A DNA stretch of 62,789 nt, the filler included, from Folioceros fuciformis (Eukaryota): the NCBI GenBank assembly GCA_049999805.1. It is 5 parts of 4 records of this genome, joined end to end, with 100 filler letters (N's around TTAATTAATTAA, not from the genome) between each part and the next. Parts side by side here need not be neighbours in the genome. Positions count along the whole stretch, not along the records: positions 49,611 to 55,976 come from JBNGIO010006250.1; positions 56,077 to 59,292 come from JBNGIO010006251.1; positions 59,393 to 62,789 come from JBNGIO010006254.1; 2 more parts are not named here. The stretch is one strand, 5' to 3'. Below, piece by piece: positions 50,638 to 62,789 of the stretch. A program made the translations under genes and the position numbers. The number at the start of each line of letters is the position of its first letter. The stretch's first letter is position 1. The notes beneath the pieces were generated by a model that was not told where the DNA came from, made no database searches, and worked only from the letters and a program-made list of their open reading frames with translations.

Positions 50638-50813
50638 TGTTAGTGAGTATAGAGTTAGGTATACTCATAGTCTTATTTAAATACATTTTCAGACATTAGG
50701 GTTAGTAGTAGAGACGGTTATTTATAATAACCGTCACCAGGAGTCACATTCACGTGACGCCGCTGTAAACGCGTCATGCAATACAAGCTTGCTAAGCGCA
50801 TCCATCGTTGAGA
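50638..50813 (+). repeat. Short Copia LTR (~175 bp) flanked by PPT and tRNA-Met PBS
   Basis: Preceded by gtgggag, starts TGTTAG, followed by TGGTATCAGAGC at 50814-50825. Confidence 0.85.
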
Positions 50814-53800
50814 TGGTATCAGAGCACTGAGTGCGATCTGATGCGCGCATGCACTCCCCGTGCACGCATTTATGGACTGCCAGCATTTTCTCGTTTTTCT
50901 GGCAAGTTTCTTGCGGCAGTTTGTATGGCCTACACTTTATTCGTTCTACTTTCCCTGCTAAAGCGTTCCTGCTTCTGATCTACTAGACGGGCGTATCTCT
51001 GCTGCAACGAATCCTTTGCGTGCAAGTGCCTTCAGGTATCTTCACCTACAAGAATGCACTCAAATCTGTGTGTTAGCAACAGACATGCCCAGCCTTAGGA
51101 AGAGAGAACGATTAGCAAGGAGGGTGCACCGTCAGCAAAGCTTACAAGATTGGATAAAGGCTAGGGACGAAGAATACCTCCGCTCCCTTGGCCCCAATCG
51201 CTGGCAGCAAGTGTGGTCCAAGATCAACATAATCCTGGAGCTCATGGCAACTAACATTTTGCAAGGGTACCCTGCACTGGATGGATACGACTGGAGCACT
51301 TTTTGACTTCTCAGATCTAGTATGACAAGATGCTAACCTCGAGCTTCTGTACATTTAATTTGTATCTGCCTGCATCAGCAGCTATCATATATTCTCTACT
51401 TCACGGTTACCTTCGCAACCTGTTTTTAAGACGACCTAAACAGCCAGAAGCAGCCTTACTACATCAGTATGCTGCTCATATTTCCTATCACATCAGAGAA
51501 GAATACAACATCCGTGAAGTAGAAGTGCTGAAGGTCACCTTGCAGCTGTGCTATGCACCAACACAGCCTATTTCAGTCCGGGCCACGTATGAGCCCTTGG
51601 CCCTCTTATTAAAATTCCTCCAACATGGCCCAGCCTCAGCAGCCACCCACTCTGTCCTCCAACCCCAACATACCGAAGGAGGACAAGTTCGATGGAACAA
51701 ATTTCCATGTCTGGAAATTCAGGATGGCCGAGATTTTCAAGTGTCGTAAACTCTGGGCACATGTCCATGGTGTGGGAACCCCACCGGTCCCCACACCTAA
51801 GCCAGCTGCAACATACCCTGATGCTCTTGCTAAGTGGGAGGAGGACGACCAGTTGGCAAGGACGCTTCTGCATTTTAGCGTGAAGAGTACGCATATTGAT
51901 GTCTTCCAAGGGGCAGAGGAAACAGCAGCAGAGTGGTGGAGACAAGTCCTGATGGTCTACGATTCCCGTGACCTAATGCTACAAACTTACGTCCTCAAGC
52001 AATTTACTGGGCTTAAGATGTCAGATGGTGACCCTGTGGACAAACATGTCCTTGAGTTTCGTACATGGAGAGGCAAAATGCAATTAGCAGGCTTCTTTCT
52101 GGAAGAAGAATTTATGGCAGTCTTCTTCCTTACAACGCTGCCAGACTCCTGGTCAAGCGTTGTCCATGCCCTCCAAGACGTATCTACACTCACAGTGAAT
52201 CGGGTCATCGTAGCTATGTTGACCGAGGAATCCAGGCGGAAAATTGCAAACAAGTTTTCATGACAAGGCATTGTACCTGAACAAGCCTGCACGAGGACGA
52301 GGCAGAGGCCGTCCATTCTCCAGAGGAAGAGGTGGCCGAGGTGGCCGAGGAGGTTTTAGACCTCCGAATGCTAACAGCAACAGGCCAAGGCCTCCATGTG
52401 GTTTCTGTGGCATGACGAACCACACGTGGGAGGTATGTCGCAAGCGACTGTCCACAGAAGGTGGACAACCCTCAGGCCATTTGGCTGCTACGATGAGCAA
52501 GTACAGCAGGGCATTTCTTACACATACCGTTGGAGCACAGTCTGCTCCTCTCAAGGAGATCCTTCATCACTGCCATGTAGTTTCATGTTTTGCAAACCAG
52601 CCTGTAGACACTTGGTACATTGACAGTGGTGCTTCTCAACACATGACTCCACACTCAGCTTATTTTGTTGAAATAAGGGACAGTTCGCNNNNNNNNNNTG
52701 AAGGAGTTAAAGGTTACAAGCTTCTAAATAAGCAAACAAGACAAGTGTCTCACTCCAGAGATGTAGTATTCGCTGAAGGCATAGAGGCCATTCCAATAGT
52801 GGGAGCACCTGCTGATGCTGACTGGGACAAGGAGGACGACTCCTCTTCAGATGAGCATGAAGATTTTATGGTGGGCGACCTGCATGTACCTCTGCCTGCA
52901 CATCAGCAACCTGTGGCAAATCCAGTACCTAATGTAGTGCCTGCACAATCACCTGCAGTCCGTACCCCTGCAAGGACACCAGGTCGTGCTGTTAGTAATC
53001 GCAATCTTTATGATACACCATCAGGTCATGTTACATTCGACCTGGATGGGCTGGAAGATGAAGAGGTACAAATGCCACCTCAAAGTGTTCAGCAGAGAAG
53101 GAACAAAAAGCATGCTCACCTGACTCCGAGGCCACACTCAACCAGAAGTCACAAGCCTCCAGACTTCCTGGTTCTTGAGGATTTTCGTCACCACAAATCA
53201 CATCTAACTTACTGTCTAGCTGCATACACAAAAGCATTTGAACCCCAAACATATGAGGATGCTGTGTCATGCCCGGATGTAGCGCTGTGGCGGAAGGCCA
53301 CCGAGTCAAAACTCGACTCATTGAATGAAAATCAGACATGGACTATCACAAGTCTCCCTGCACATCGCAAAGCTGTGGGGTCCAAATGGGTATTCAAACT
53401 GAAACTACGGGCAGATGGCAGCATAGACATATACAAGGCCAGGGTAGTCGCCAAAGGTTATTCACAAATCCCAGGAGTAGATTATGATGATACCTTTAGT
53501 CCTGAGGTCAAGCTGACTACGCTTCGAATGTTCATTGCATTGGCTGCTGCTGAAGATTACGAGCTGGAACAGCTCGATGTAACAACCGCATTCGTCTACG
53601 GAAACCTGCAAGAGGAGATATATATGCAAGTCCCATCAGGTGTTAGCATTCCAAAGGATCTGCCTAATCCTGTATGCAAGCTACAAAAATCACTGTACGG
53701 GCTCAAACAGAGCCCACGGGCTTGGTATTCTCGCATAGACAGTTACCTGAGAGGTCTAGTATATGAAAGTCTGAATGCAGATAGTAATGTATATGTGAAG

Positions 53801-55007
53801 CGAGAGGGAAGAGACTTCCTTGCATTGGCCATCTATGTTGATGATATCATCATCATGAGCAACTCTCCACGGATGATTTCTAACCTGAGAGAGCAGCTGA
53901 GCCAAGCATTTAAGATCACAACTGGAGGTGCCTTGACATACTGCTTAGGTATGCAACTGCTGAGAAACCGCAAGGAGGGGACCATATTTCTGCACCAGAC
54001 CAAATATGCACATGAGATATTAGAAAGATATGAGATGTCGCATTGTAAGCCTATCGCCACACCTATTGAGCAGAATACAAAATATGTAGCTCAGGTAGGT
54101 AACATACTTGCTGAAGATGAAGAGCTGGTGGCGATGTACCCGTCCAAGAATGGAAGCTTGATGCAACTGATGATAGGGACGCGCCCAGACCTAGCATTCA
54201 GCTCGAGGCTGACCTCGAGATTCGTCTCGAATCCAAACCGTCAGCACAATAATCTTATGACCAGATTGTACAGGTATATTGCAGCAACCCCTGACTGGGG
54301 AATCCTGTACAGCAGAAAGGCGAAAGATGCTCTCCAGCTGGTGGCGTACAGTGACGCTGACTAGGCTGGAGACCCTGATAGCAGGAAGAGCATATCGTGC
54401 TATGTCACCATACTCGCAGGAGGTGCAATTGGGTGGAGCAGCAGGCGACAGTCCATGATTGCGCTCTCCTCGACGGAGGCGGAGTATAAAAGCCTCACCG
54501 AAGCCTGCAAAGAGCTAACCTGGACAGTTGGAGCAATGGGTGAGCTGGGAGTAGTCCAAACCCTGCCAGTGAGCCTATTTTGTGACAATTAGAGTGCGAT
54601 TGCACTCAGCATGAACCCCAGGTTCCACGCCAGGACCAAGCACGTTGAGGTTCAGCATCACTACATACGACAAGTGATCGGACAAGGGTTGGTTGAGGTT
54701 ATTTACTGTCCGACTGATTTGATGACTGCTGATATCCTCACGAAGAGCCTTGGGCGCATCAAACATTACCAGCACGCAGCAGCCCTAGGACTTCGTGCAG
54801 CTGGTGAGAAGCTCAAATGGAGCAGGATGCCGGATCCACAGCTGGCGAGTTCGTCGGGCCTGCAGCGTGAAGACTGAAGCACGGACTGAAGGGACAAGCG
54901 GGAAGAAGACGAAGACTTTCCAAGTTTCTTTGGCCATGAAACGTTTGCGTCGTAGTTTAGATAAAATAAATAACTAAATAATATCTACCCTCTAGTCTCA
55001 GTGGGAG

Positions 55008-55183
55008 TGTTAGTGAGTATAGAGTTAGGTATACTCATAGTCTTATTTAAATACATTTTCAGACATTAGGGTTAGTAGTAGAGACGGTTATTTATAATAA
55101 CCGTCACCAGGAGTCACATTCACGTGACGCCGCTGTAAACGCGTCATGCAATACAAGCTTGCTAAGCGCATCCATCGTTGAGA
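55008..55183 (+). repeat. Second identical Copia LTR with PPT and PBS
   Basis: Same sequence as 50638-50813; PBS at 55184-55195. Confidence 0.85.
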
Positions 55184-55976
55184 TGGTATCAGAGCACTGA
55201 GTGCGATCTGATGCGCGCATGCACTCCCCGTGCACGCATTTATGGACTGCCAGCATTTTCTCGTTTTTCTGGCAAGTTTCTTGCGGCAGTTTGTATGGCC
55301 TACACTTTATTCGTTCTACTTTCCCTGCTAAAGCGTTCCTGCTTCTGATCTACTAGACGGGCGTATCTCTGCTGCAACGAATCCTTTGCGTGCAAGTGCC
55401 TTCAGGTATCTTCACCTACAAGAATGCACTCAAATCTGTGTGTTAGCAACAGACATGCCCAGCCTTAGGAAGAGAGAACGATTAGCAAGGAGGGTGCACC
55501 GTCAGCAAAGCTTACAAGATTGGATAAAGGCTAGGGACGAAGAATACCTCCGCTCCCTTGGCCCCAATCGCTGGCAGCAAGTGTGGTCCAAGATCAACAT
55601 AATCCTGGAGCTCATGGCAACTAACATTTTGCAAGGGTACCCTGCACTGGATGGATACGACTGGAGCACTTTTTGACTTCTCAGATCTAGTATGACAAGA
55701 TGCTAACCTCGAGCTTCTGTACATTTAATTTGTATCTGCCTGCATCAGCAGCTATCATATATTCTCTACTTCACGGTTACCTTCGCAACCTGTTTTTAAG
55801 ACGACCTAAACAGCCAGAAGCAGCCTTACTACATCAGTATGCTGCTCATATTTCCTATCACATCAGAGAAGAATACAACATCCGTGAAGTAGAAGTGCTG
55901 AAGGTCACCTTGCAGCTGTGCTATGCACCAACACAGCCTATTTCAGTCCGGGCCACGTATGAGCCCTTGGCCCTCT

Positions 55977-56076
55977 NNNNNNNNNNNNNNNNNNNNNNNN
56001 NNNNNNNNNNNNNNNNNNNNTTAATTAATTAANNNNNNNNNNNNNNNNNNNNNNNNNNNNNNNNNNNNNNNNNNNN
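55977..56076. other. Artificial contig linker
   Basis: 44N-TTAATTAATTAA-44N. Confidence 0.97.
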
Positions 56077-58904
56077 GTGTGAGTTTCAACGAGAGCTTCA
56101 TCCTTGCCTCTCATCTTCAGTCTGTTACAAGCCACAAGCCCTTATCAGAACCTTCAATCTATGGTCATACTCCACAACAACACTTAGAAGAGGACGAAGT
56201 AAACAAAGATATTTCTGTTTTTCCTTTAGAGTTCCTTGACAACTCAGCTGCTCCCGGAGCACCATTAGGGCCTGTACACCAACAGCAGCCTTTGCTAGCA
56301 GCACCTCCTCTACTAGACCCTGCAGATGTTTTGGATAATCATTGAACCCCCAGCACAAGAACCTGCTGCAGAGGTAGATCAAACCAATGACCCTGCAGAG
56401 TTAGATGAAGATCCTCAACCAGAAGAACATGAACAATTGGCAGTAGATGAACAAGAGGTACCTTTACTTCGTAGATCAGCTAGGATTCATTGCCCTAGGT
56501 CAGAATGGATTAAGACACCTTATGAACTAGGTGACACCTTTGTTTATGTTCCACCTAGGACATCCCTAGCAGCTCTAGCTACAAATGCAGCTGCTTCAAT
56601 ACTTGATCCTCCAGATACACCTGTCACATACCAGGAAGCCCTTTTAGGCCCCTACAAAGCTGAATGGCAAAAGGCCATTGATTCAGAATACAATAGCTTG
56701 ATCACAAATCACACTTGGGAGTTGGTGACTTTACCTCCGGATAGACGCCCCATTACATCCAAATGGGTGTTTACATTGAAGCTAAATCTAGATGGTACGG
56801 TTGTTCGTTTTAAAGCTCGCCTCGTTGCCCGGGGCTATACCCAAGTTTAGGGTTTGGACTATACAGAAACTTTCAGTCCAGTGGTGAAGCCGACATCTAT
56901 ACAGATCCTTATGTGTTATGCCGTAAAACACAAGCTCCTTGTCCACCAAATGGACATTAAGACGGCCTTTCTAAACGGAGAATTAAAGGAGACCATCTAT
57001 ATGAATGAACCGGAAGGCTACATTACATATTCGACTAAGGTATGTCACCTACTCAAATCTCTATACGGACTGAAACAGTCTGCAAAATTGTGGAATGCAA
57101 GAGCGGACAAGAAGCTATGCAAGCTTGGTTTCGTACCTCTCACTGCTGACTGCAGTGTATATGTAATGAAGAGGACCAACCAGTTTTGTATCATTGCATT
57201 GTATGTTGATGATAACTTTCTTTTCGCTAGTGACACCCACATTTTGGCAGAAATGAAAGAAGCCCTGTCACAAGAATGGGACATGACGGATGTAGGTCCC
57301 TTGAAGTTCGCCTTAGGCATTCAATTTAGCTTTAGCCCTGATAGGACCTGCGTCACTATCGACCAGGCACACTTCATAAGACAGTTGCTGTCCAAATTCA
57401 ACCTTTCTGCATTACATCCCGTTACCACCCCTATAGCATCTGGAGAAAAGTTATCCATAGAGGACTGTCCTACCACACCAACAGACGTTGCAGAAATGGC
57501 AAAAGTACCTTACAGAGAAGCAGTAGGTAGTCTCTTGTACTTGGCTGGTTGGACTCGTCCGGACATCTCACAGGCTGTAGGTGTAGTGTCTCGTTTCCTC
57601 TCCAACCTAGGTTAGAAGCATTGGACAACCGTCAAACGAATCCTACATTATTTGAAAGGTACACAGGATTTTTCTATGAAATATACAGCTGCTGGAAGCG
57701 GAATACTTACTTCTTATGCAGATGCAGACTGGGCTAGCGATGTGGATTCAAGGAAATCCATTGCTGCATATTGTCTACTGTTATGTGGATTTGCCATTAG
57801 TTGGCAGTCTAAGAAACTTACAACAGTGAGCCTTTCATCAATTGAGGCGGAATACGGAGCCCTATCACATGCAGCACGTGAGATCATATGGGTTCGTCAA
57901 TTCCTGGAGGGCATTCACTGGAAGCAACCGGCAGCCACAATATTAGCATGTGACAATCAATCCGCTATTGCTCTCATAGCTAATCCTATTCTTCATGCTC
58001 GGTCGAAACACATTGAGATACAGTTCCATTTTATTCGTCAAGCAGTTGAAACAGGCATGGTCCAGCTTCAATATGTGCACACAACAGAGAATGTTGCTGA
58101 CCTGTTAACTAAGGGCCTTCCTAAGGCAACACATGCACAACATCGCACCACACTGGGCTTAACGGGAACAACAACTTATCTTGAAAACAAGCAACATGCC
58201 ACAGCAACAGCAGCCTAAGATTCTAATGCAGCATTTTGACTTCCGCAGAGAACACATCCCCTGTGTGTTACGCACAGCTCAGTCACTGGAGCCAATCCTG
58301 CATCACCTACACACACATGAATCAGTCTTGGATGAAGCATCAAGGTAAACGAATCAGGACTCACGAACCTCTTAGTTTTATTGCCATACCAATGCTGCAG
58401 GCATGAGTTACTATGATGGGAAGAGGCACGCGCCTATTTTAGCTTTTATCAGCCCAGCTTGCAGCGGATCTTCACACATGGTTGATGCTCGGGTACTGCT
58501 CTACCTCTCAATCACCTTGCGGTGAGCATGGGACATAGGAGAGCGGTTAGCCAGCATGCACAAGCCATAGCAAGGGGGCGCGAATTCGGAGTGCGTTCGC
58601 ATCACCAAAACTAGCTGTGTGGAGACCAAAATTTGCGCTTCGCCTCAAGTTTTCGCTGATGTGATTAAATTGGCATTAGGCCTGAGGGGGCGTGTAGGAT
58701 TGGCAATTACCTATTCAGACACTAAGCCAATAACGGTTCGTATTTAAGTTAGGTTAAAACGATTACAACTAGCTCTCTGTTTTAAGTTTTTTTTAAACCT
58801 CAATGTAATAATCACTTACGCCAACGCCTTAGCTTCTTCATGCTCTTGATCATGGNNNNNNNNNNACTTACGCCAACGCCTTAGCTTCTTCATGCTCTTG
58901 ATCA
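56077..58904 (+). mobile_element. Second Ty1/Copia family, 3' half (RT, RNase H, PPT, 3' LTR from 58693); in-frame stops
   Basis: KWVFTLK, FKARLVARGY, QMDIKTAFLNG, LYGLKQS, YVDD, YADADWA, HARSKHIEIQFHF; gagggggcg then TGTAGG at 58693. LTR end is approximate because of a 10-N gap. Confidence 0.88.
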
Positions 58905-58934
58905 TGGTGCTGCCCACGGTGATTCTGGTCACGC

Positions 58935-59292
58935 GATAACTACGTTAGTGAAACTACGTTAGTGAAGAAGCTCTCCACCCCGGACTGAGAAGCTCTCCAC
59001 CCCGGACTGCTTTGACGCAGTGACGGATGCTTTAGATGTGTACGCGGAAGCGTCCATGGCCGTGCGGGAGGACGTCGATGCCTGCACCCGGGACGTGGAG
59101 TCGTACTCCCGCGTGAGGGGATACAAAAGCGCCTGCATGTCGTTCTGCGCAATGGCCGAGACGATGATGCAGGAGTTCCTTCCCCCACATGTACGCGCGC
59201 ATCCCGCCATCCAGAAGTTGGCCTGGACCGCCTGCTTACATGTCAGTTTCCTGAACGACCTCTTTTCCTACGACAAGGAAGTGGCCAGCGCA
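58935..59292 (+). pseudogene. Microbial-type class I terpene synthase (MTPSL) fragment
   Basis: DVESYSRVR, LPPHVRAHPAIQKL and NSE motif FLNDLFSYDKE. Upstream part is broken by short tandem duplications and the Copia LTR; 3' end is cut by the linker. Confidence 0.75.
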
Positions 59293-59392
59293 NNNNNNNN
59301 NNNNNNNNNNNNNNNNNNNNNNNNNNNNNNNNNNNNTTAATTAATTAANNNNNNNNNNNNNNNNNNNNNNNNNNNNNNNNNNNNNNNNNNNN
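59293..59392. other. Artificial contig linker
   Basis: 44N-TTAATTAATTAA-44N. Confidence 0.97.
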
Positions 59393-62300
59393 AGCACTCT
59401 GTCTCCACTTCATGCTCAAATACCTCTTTGATAGTGATAGTGATAGCGACATAGATGAGGACCCTGCCACAGAACGAAACTTCCTTCAATCACTGACTGT
59501 ACAGTTTCCTTCATTTGTCATTCCTTTTCCACCACCCCTGCCACCCATGGCACCTGGTCAGCCTACAGTGCCCATATTCACATCTGAGCTCAAAGAAAGG
59601 GACCGATTCAATGGAACGAAATATGAAGTCTGGAGAGTGCGAATGAAGACTACACTCATCGCTCGTGGAGTGTGGCCTGTCGTTGTTGGTTCACTCAAAG
59701 ACCATGGTGCCCCAGTCACAGGAGGTGGAACCACTCAAGCAAACAAGGACAACTGGGATCAACTTAACAATATTGCCATTGCCCTGTTGCCTCGAAGCTG
59801 ACTTGGTTCCAGAGATTGAGTACCTGAATACATCCAAAGAGATTTGGGATCAACTTGCTGGTACATACCAAGTGCAGAATATTCTCACCCTCTGCGCCGT
59901 GAGACAAGAGTTCTACGGGCTTCGGATGAGAGAAGGGGAGAAAATTGCAGCCTACACCAGCAAGTTCAGGCACTTACGTGCATAGCTGCATTCTCTCGGC
60001 ACAGAAATGGAGGAGATAGACGCTGTTGCCCAGCTGCTAAGTAGCTTACCTCCTAGCTATCAGTCCTTTGTTAGCACACAAAATGGGCCCATTTGAGCTG
60101 CAAGCCAGGCAGCTGCTGCCAAACAGCCATATTTGATTGAGCTAGACGATGTCATTGGGGCCTTGTATCAAGAGGAACAAAGCCGCCACATGTCCACTCC
60201 TGGACAGAGATCCAGACCAGACAACAAGGTGTTCAGTACCTTCAACAAAGGCAGACCCTTCAATAAAAATAAACCCAGGCATCAACCTGATCAACGCGGT
60301 GGCAGCAGGCACATTGGCTCAGAAACGGCAAGGCAATTGCAACTGGTGTGGTATACCTGGCCACTGGGCTCGAGAATGTCGAAAGAAGAAGGCCGGCGAA
60401 CCTCAACGGGCTCCTCGACCTGCAGCACATACGACAACCAAAGATAAGAATTCCGCTGATCCAGTGTCCAACTCAAGCAAACCTGTCATCAAAATACTAA
60501 CAACCTGCTTGAGATCCCCTATGAGTGGCAAGGAATGCTGGACAGAATTCCCTATCCCTCATTCTTCAGTTCAGGCCATGACATTCTGCGTCAACACATT
60601 GACAAGTGAAAAAGACAAGTGGTACCTGGACTCTGGCGCTGCCCATATCTGCAAGGACAAATCACTTTTCACCACTCTGATGTTATCAGCAACTGCTGAA
60701 AAGGTTTTCCTTGGTGATGAGAGTAGCACCTCTAGCCTTCAAATCCTTGGCAAAGGAGTCTTCAAGTTTCCTTCACATGATAACACAGTCTTGGTGTTAC
60801 CCGACGTGTTATATGTACCCAAGATGGCTAAGAACATGATGTCTCTTAGCCGCCTAATGAGAATGAAGGATCTGGTCCTTCAGGTTGTGGATAATACATG
60901 CTGTTTTGCTAAGAAGCATACTCCTTCAATCTGCATCTTCAAAGCATATTTGGATTCAGAACTCTATTGGCTAGATATATCTTGTATGCGAAGAGATGAA
61001 GCTTATTCCACAACTGTTGGTCACTTGACGTCTGCACAGCAAGCCAAACTCTAGCATGCACGACTTGGCCACGCCAACAGGACCAAGCTCATTGAGGCAT
61101 CAAGGCAGGACTGTTACCGGGAGCCTTTACCCCGCTGCTTCAAAGAACTGACAGTGTGTGAAATCTATGCTCTGGCCAAGCAGAGGGAGACCCCATTTCC
61201 AAATGCTCCTGCACACAGATCCACATCAGTCCTTGACCTCGTTCATGCGGATATCTCAGGCAGATTACAAGTGCCATCACTGGGTGGTGCTGAGTATTAC
61301 CTCACCCTCACGGATGATTATAGCCGTTATACTTGGACTTACCCTATGAAATATAAACAAGAGACATTTACCTTCTTAAGGATTGGTTATTGGTTGCTCA
61401 GAGGCAGACCGGCAGATTGCTCAAGCTGTTCAGATCTGACAATGGAGGAGAGTTTGTTAACAATGCCTTCACCCAGTTCCTGAACGAGCAAGGTATCATC
61501 CATCATCTTATCGTTCCTTACACTCAACAGCAAAACGGAGTTGCTGAAAGGAAGAACCAAACCTTGATGGGGATGACTCATTCGATGTTGCTGTGGTCTG
61601 GCTTGCCATCACCTTACTGGGCTGAAGCCGTGGTTATGGCTACATACATTCTGAATTGTCTGCTCACATATTCTATTTCGGATAAAACTCCATATGAAAT
61701 GTTCTAGGGACGCAAGCCCACCATTTTAAGACCGCCTTTCTCCATGGTGTTCTTGAGGAAGAGTTGTACATGGAGCAGCCCGAGGGCTATGAAGACCCTG
61801 CACATCTAGACTGGGTGTGTCAACTTATAAAATGCCTGTATGGTCTACTGCAGAGTGCAGAACGCTGGAATGCACGACTAGATACCTATCTGAAGTCACT
61901 TGGTTTCCGACAGAGCCCTGCCGAACCTTTTGTTTACATTTATGATGATGGTGCCTCCTATGTACTCCTTGCAGTCTATGTAGACGATGCCATCTTTGCA
62001 GCAAGTGACAAACTGCTATTAGAAAGGGTAAAGGCCATGCTTCGCAATGAATTCAAAATGACAGACGTTGGTGAATTGAAGTTTTGCCTTGGCATTCAAG
62101 TTCTGCGTGTTCGTGAGCAAGGCCTCATCATCATACACCAACTCAAGTACATCACAGAGATACTGCGTAGATTCAATATGGATAAAGCACATTCAGCCAG
62201 CACACCTGGAGCTTCTGGAGTACAGCTTTCCCTTATGGACTCTCCCACTTCAGCTACTGACATTGCTGATATGAAAGATGTGCCTTATCGCCACGCAGTG

Positions 62301-62789
62301 AGTAACTGGACCAAACCTGACATAACGTATTCAGTTAACAGTGCTTCCCAGTTTCTGGAGCGTCCTGGAAGGAATCATTGGACAGCAGTCAAGCGTGTGT
62401 TTAGATACTTGAAAGGGACCTACTACCTAGGGCTACACTACAAGAGAAGTGGTGAAGTGCCTACCTTGCACGGCTTCGTTGATGCAAACTGGGCTTCGGA
62501 TGGTGATTCCAGAAAAAGCCTCTCCACATACACCTTTCTTCTTGCTTCAGCAGTAGTGAATTGGAGCTGCAAAAAGCAGACAAGCATTGTACTTAGTAGC
62601 ACTAAGGCAAAATACAAGGGACTGACAGAGGCTGTCAAGGAGATAGAGTGGGAGCGTAATTTTCTTGCATCAGTACATGCAGAGCAGAAATCACCCACTA
62701 CCTTGTTCTGTGACAACCAGTCCGCCCTAGCACTTGTAGAGTGTCCACGTTTTCATGCTAGAACCAAACACATTGAAATCCAGCATCAT
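59393..62789 (+). mobile_element. Third Ty1/Copia family, degenerate gag-PR-INT-RT-RNaseH with an internal deletion; runs off the window end
   Basis: DRFNGTKYEVWRVRM, CNWCGIPGHWAREC, WYLDSGA, DLVHADISG, DDYSRYTW, RSDNGGEF, QQNGVAERKN, KTAFLHG, YVDD, HARTKHIEIQHH; many stops and frameshifts. Confidence 0.9.

Larger units (their letters stand above)
49611..55976 (+). mobile_element. Ty1/Copia retrotransposon in head-to-tail arrangement (3' part, LTR, whole unit, LTR, 5' part); decayed
   Basis: gag DKFDGTNFHVWKFRM, CCHC knuckle, WYIDSGASQHM protease, RT (KWVFKLK, KARVVAKGY, QLDVTTAF, LYGLKQSPRAW, YVDDI), RNase H (YSDAD, STEAEY, HARTKHV). 49611-51606 is repeated at 53981-55976. Confidence 0.93.

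Noticed and set aside
58816-58907. ~40-bp direct repeat around a 10-N gap
   Set aside because: Typical unmerged contig overlap at a scaffold gap.

Overview
Eukaryotic nuclear DNA from a compact-genome land plant. Short GT-AG introns, tight gene spacing, intronless housekeeping genes and a microbial-type terpene synthase fit a non-seed plant, most plausibly a hornwort (inference). The window is five assembly pieces joined by artificial 100-nt N-TTAATTAATTAA-N linkers. Host genes: ULTRAPETALA-like, starch synthase 5, a RING-like protein, Era GTPase, cohesin SCC3, beta-hexosaminidase, mitochondrial carrier BAC1, RPL33, DEX1 and TVP38/TMEM64. The last ~16 kb is mostly Gypsy/Copia debris plus an MTPSL fragment. 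The standout is a complete but decayed 9.6-kb Ty3/Gypsy retrotransposon (12723-22333, minus strand) with four unusual traits. It has a DNMT3-like C5 cytosine methyltransferase between protease and RT, and its integrase ends in a PHD finger. It has no tRNA primer site but a perfect 21-nt self-complementary primer site. Its LTRs are split/permuted (A-internal-B-GC-A-B), and its TG..CA ends derive from an internal palindrome, consistent with integration via a two-LTR circle.
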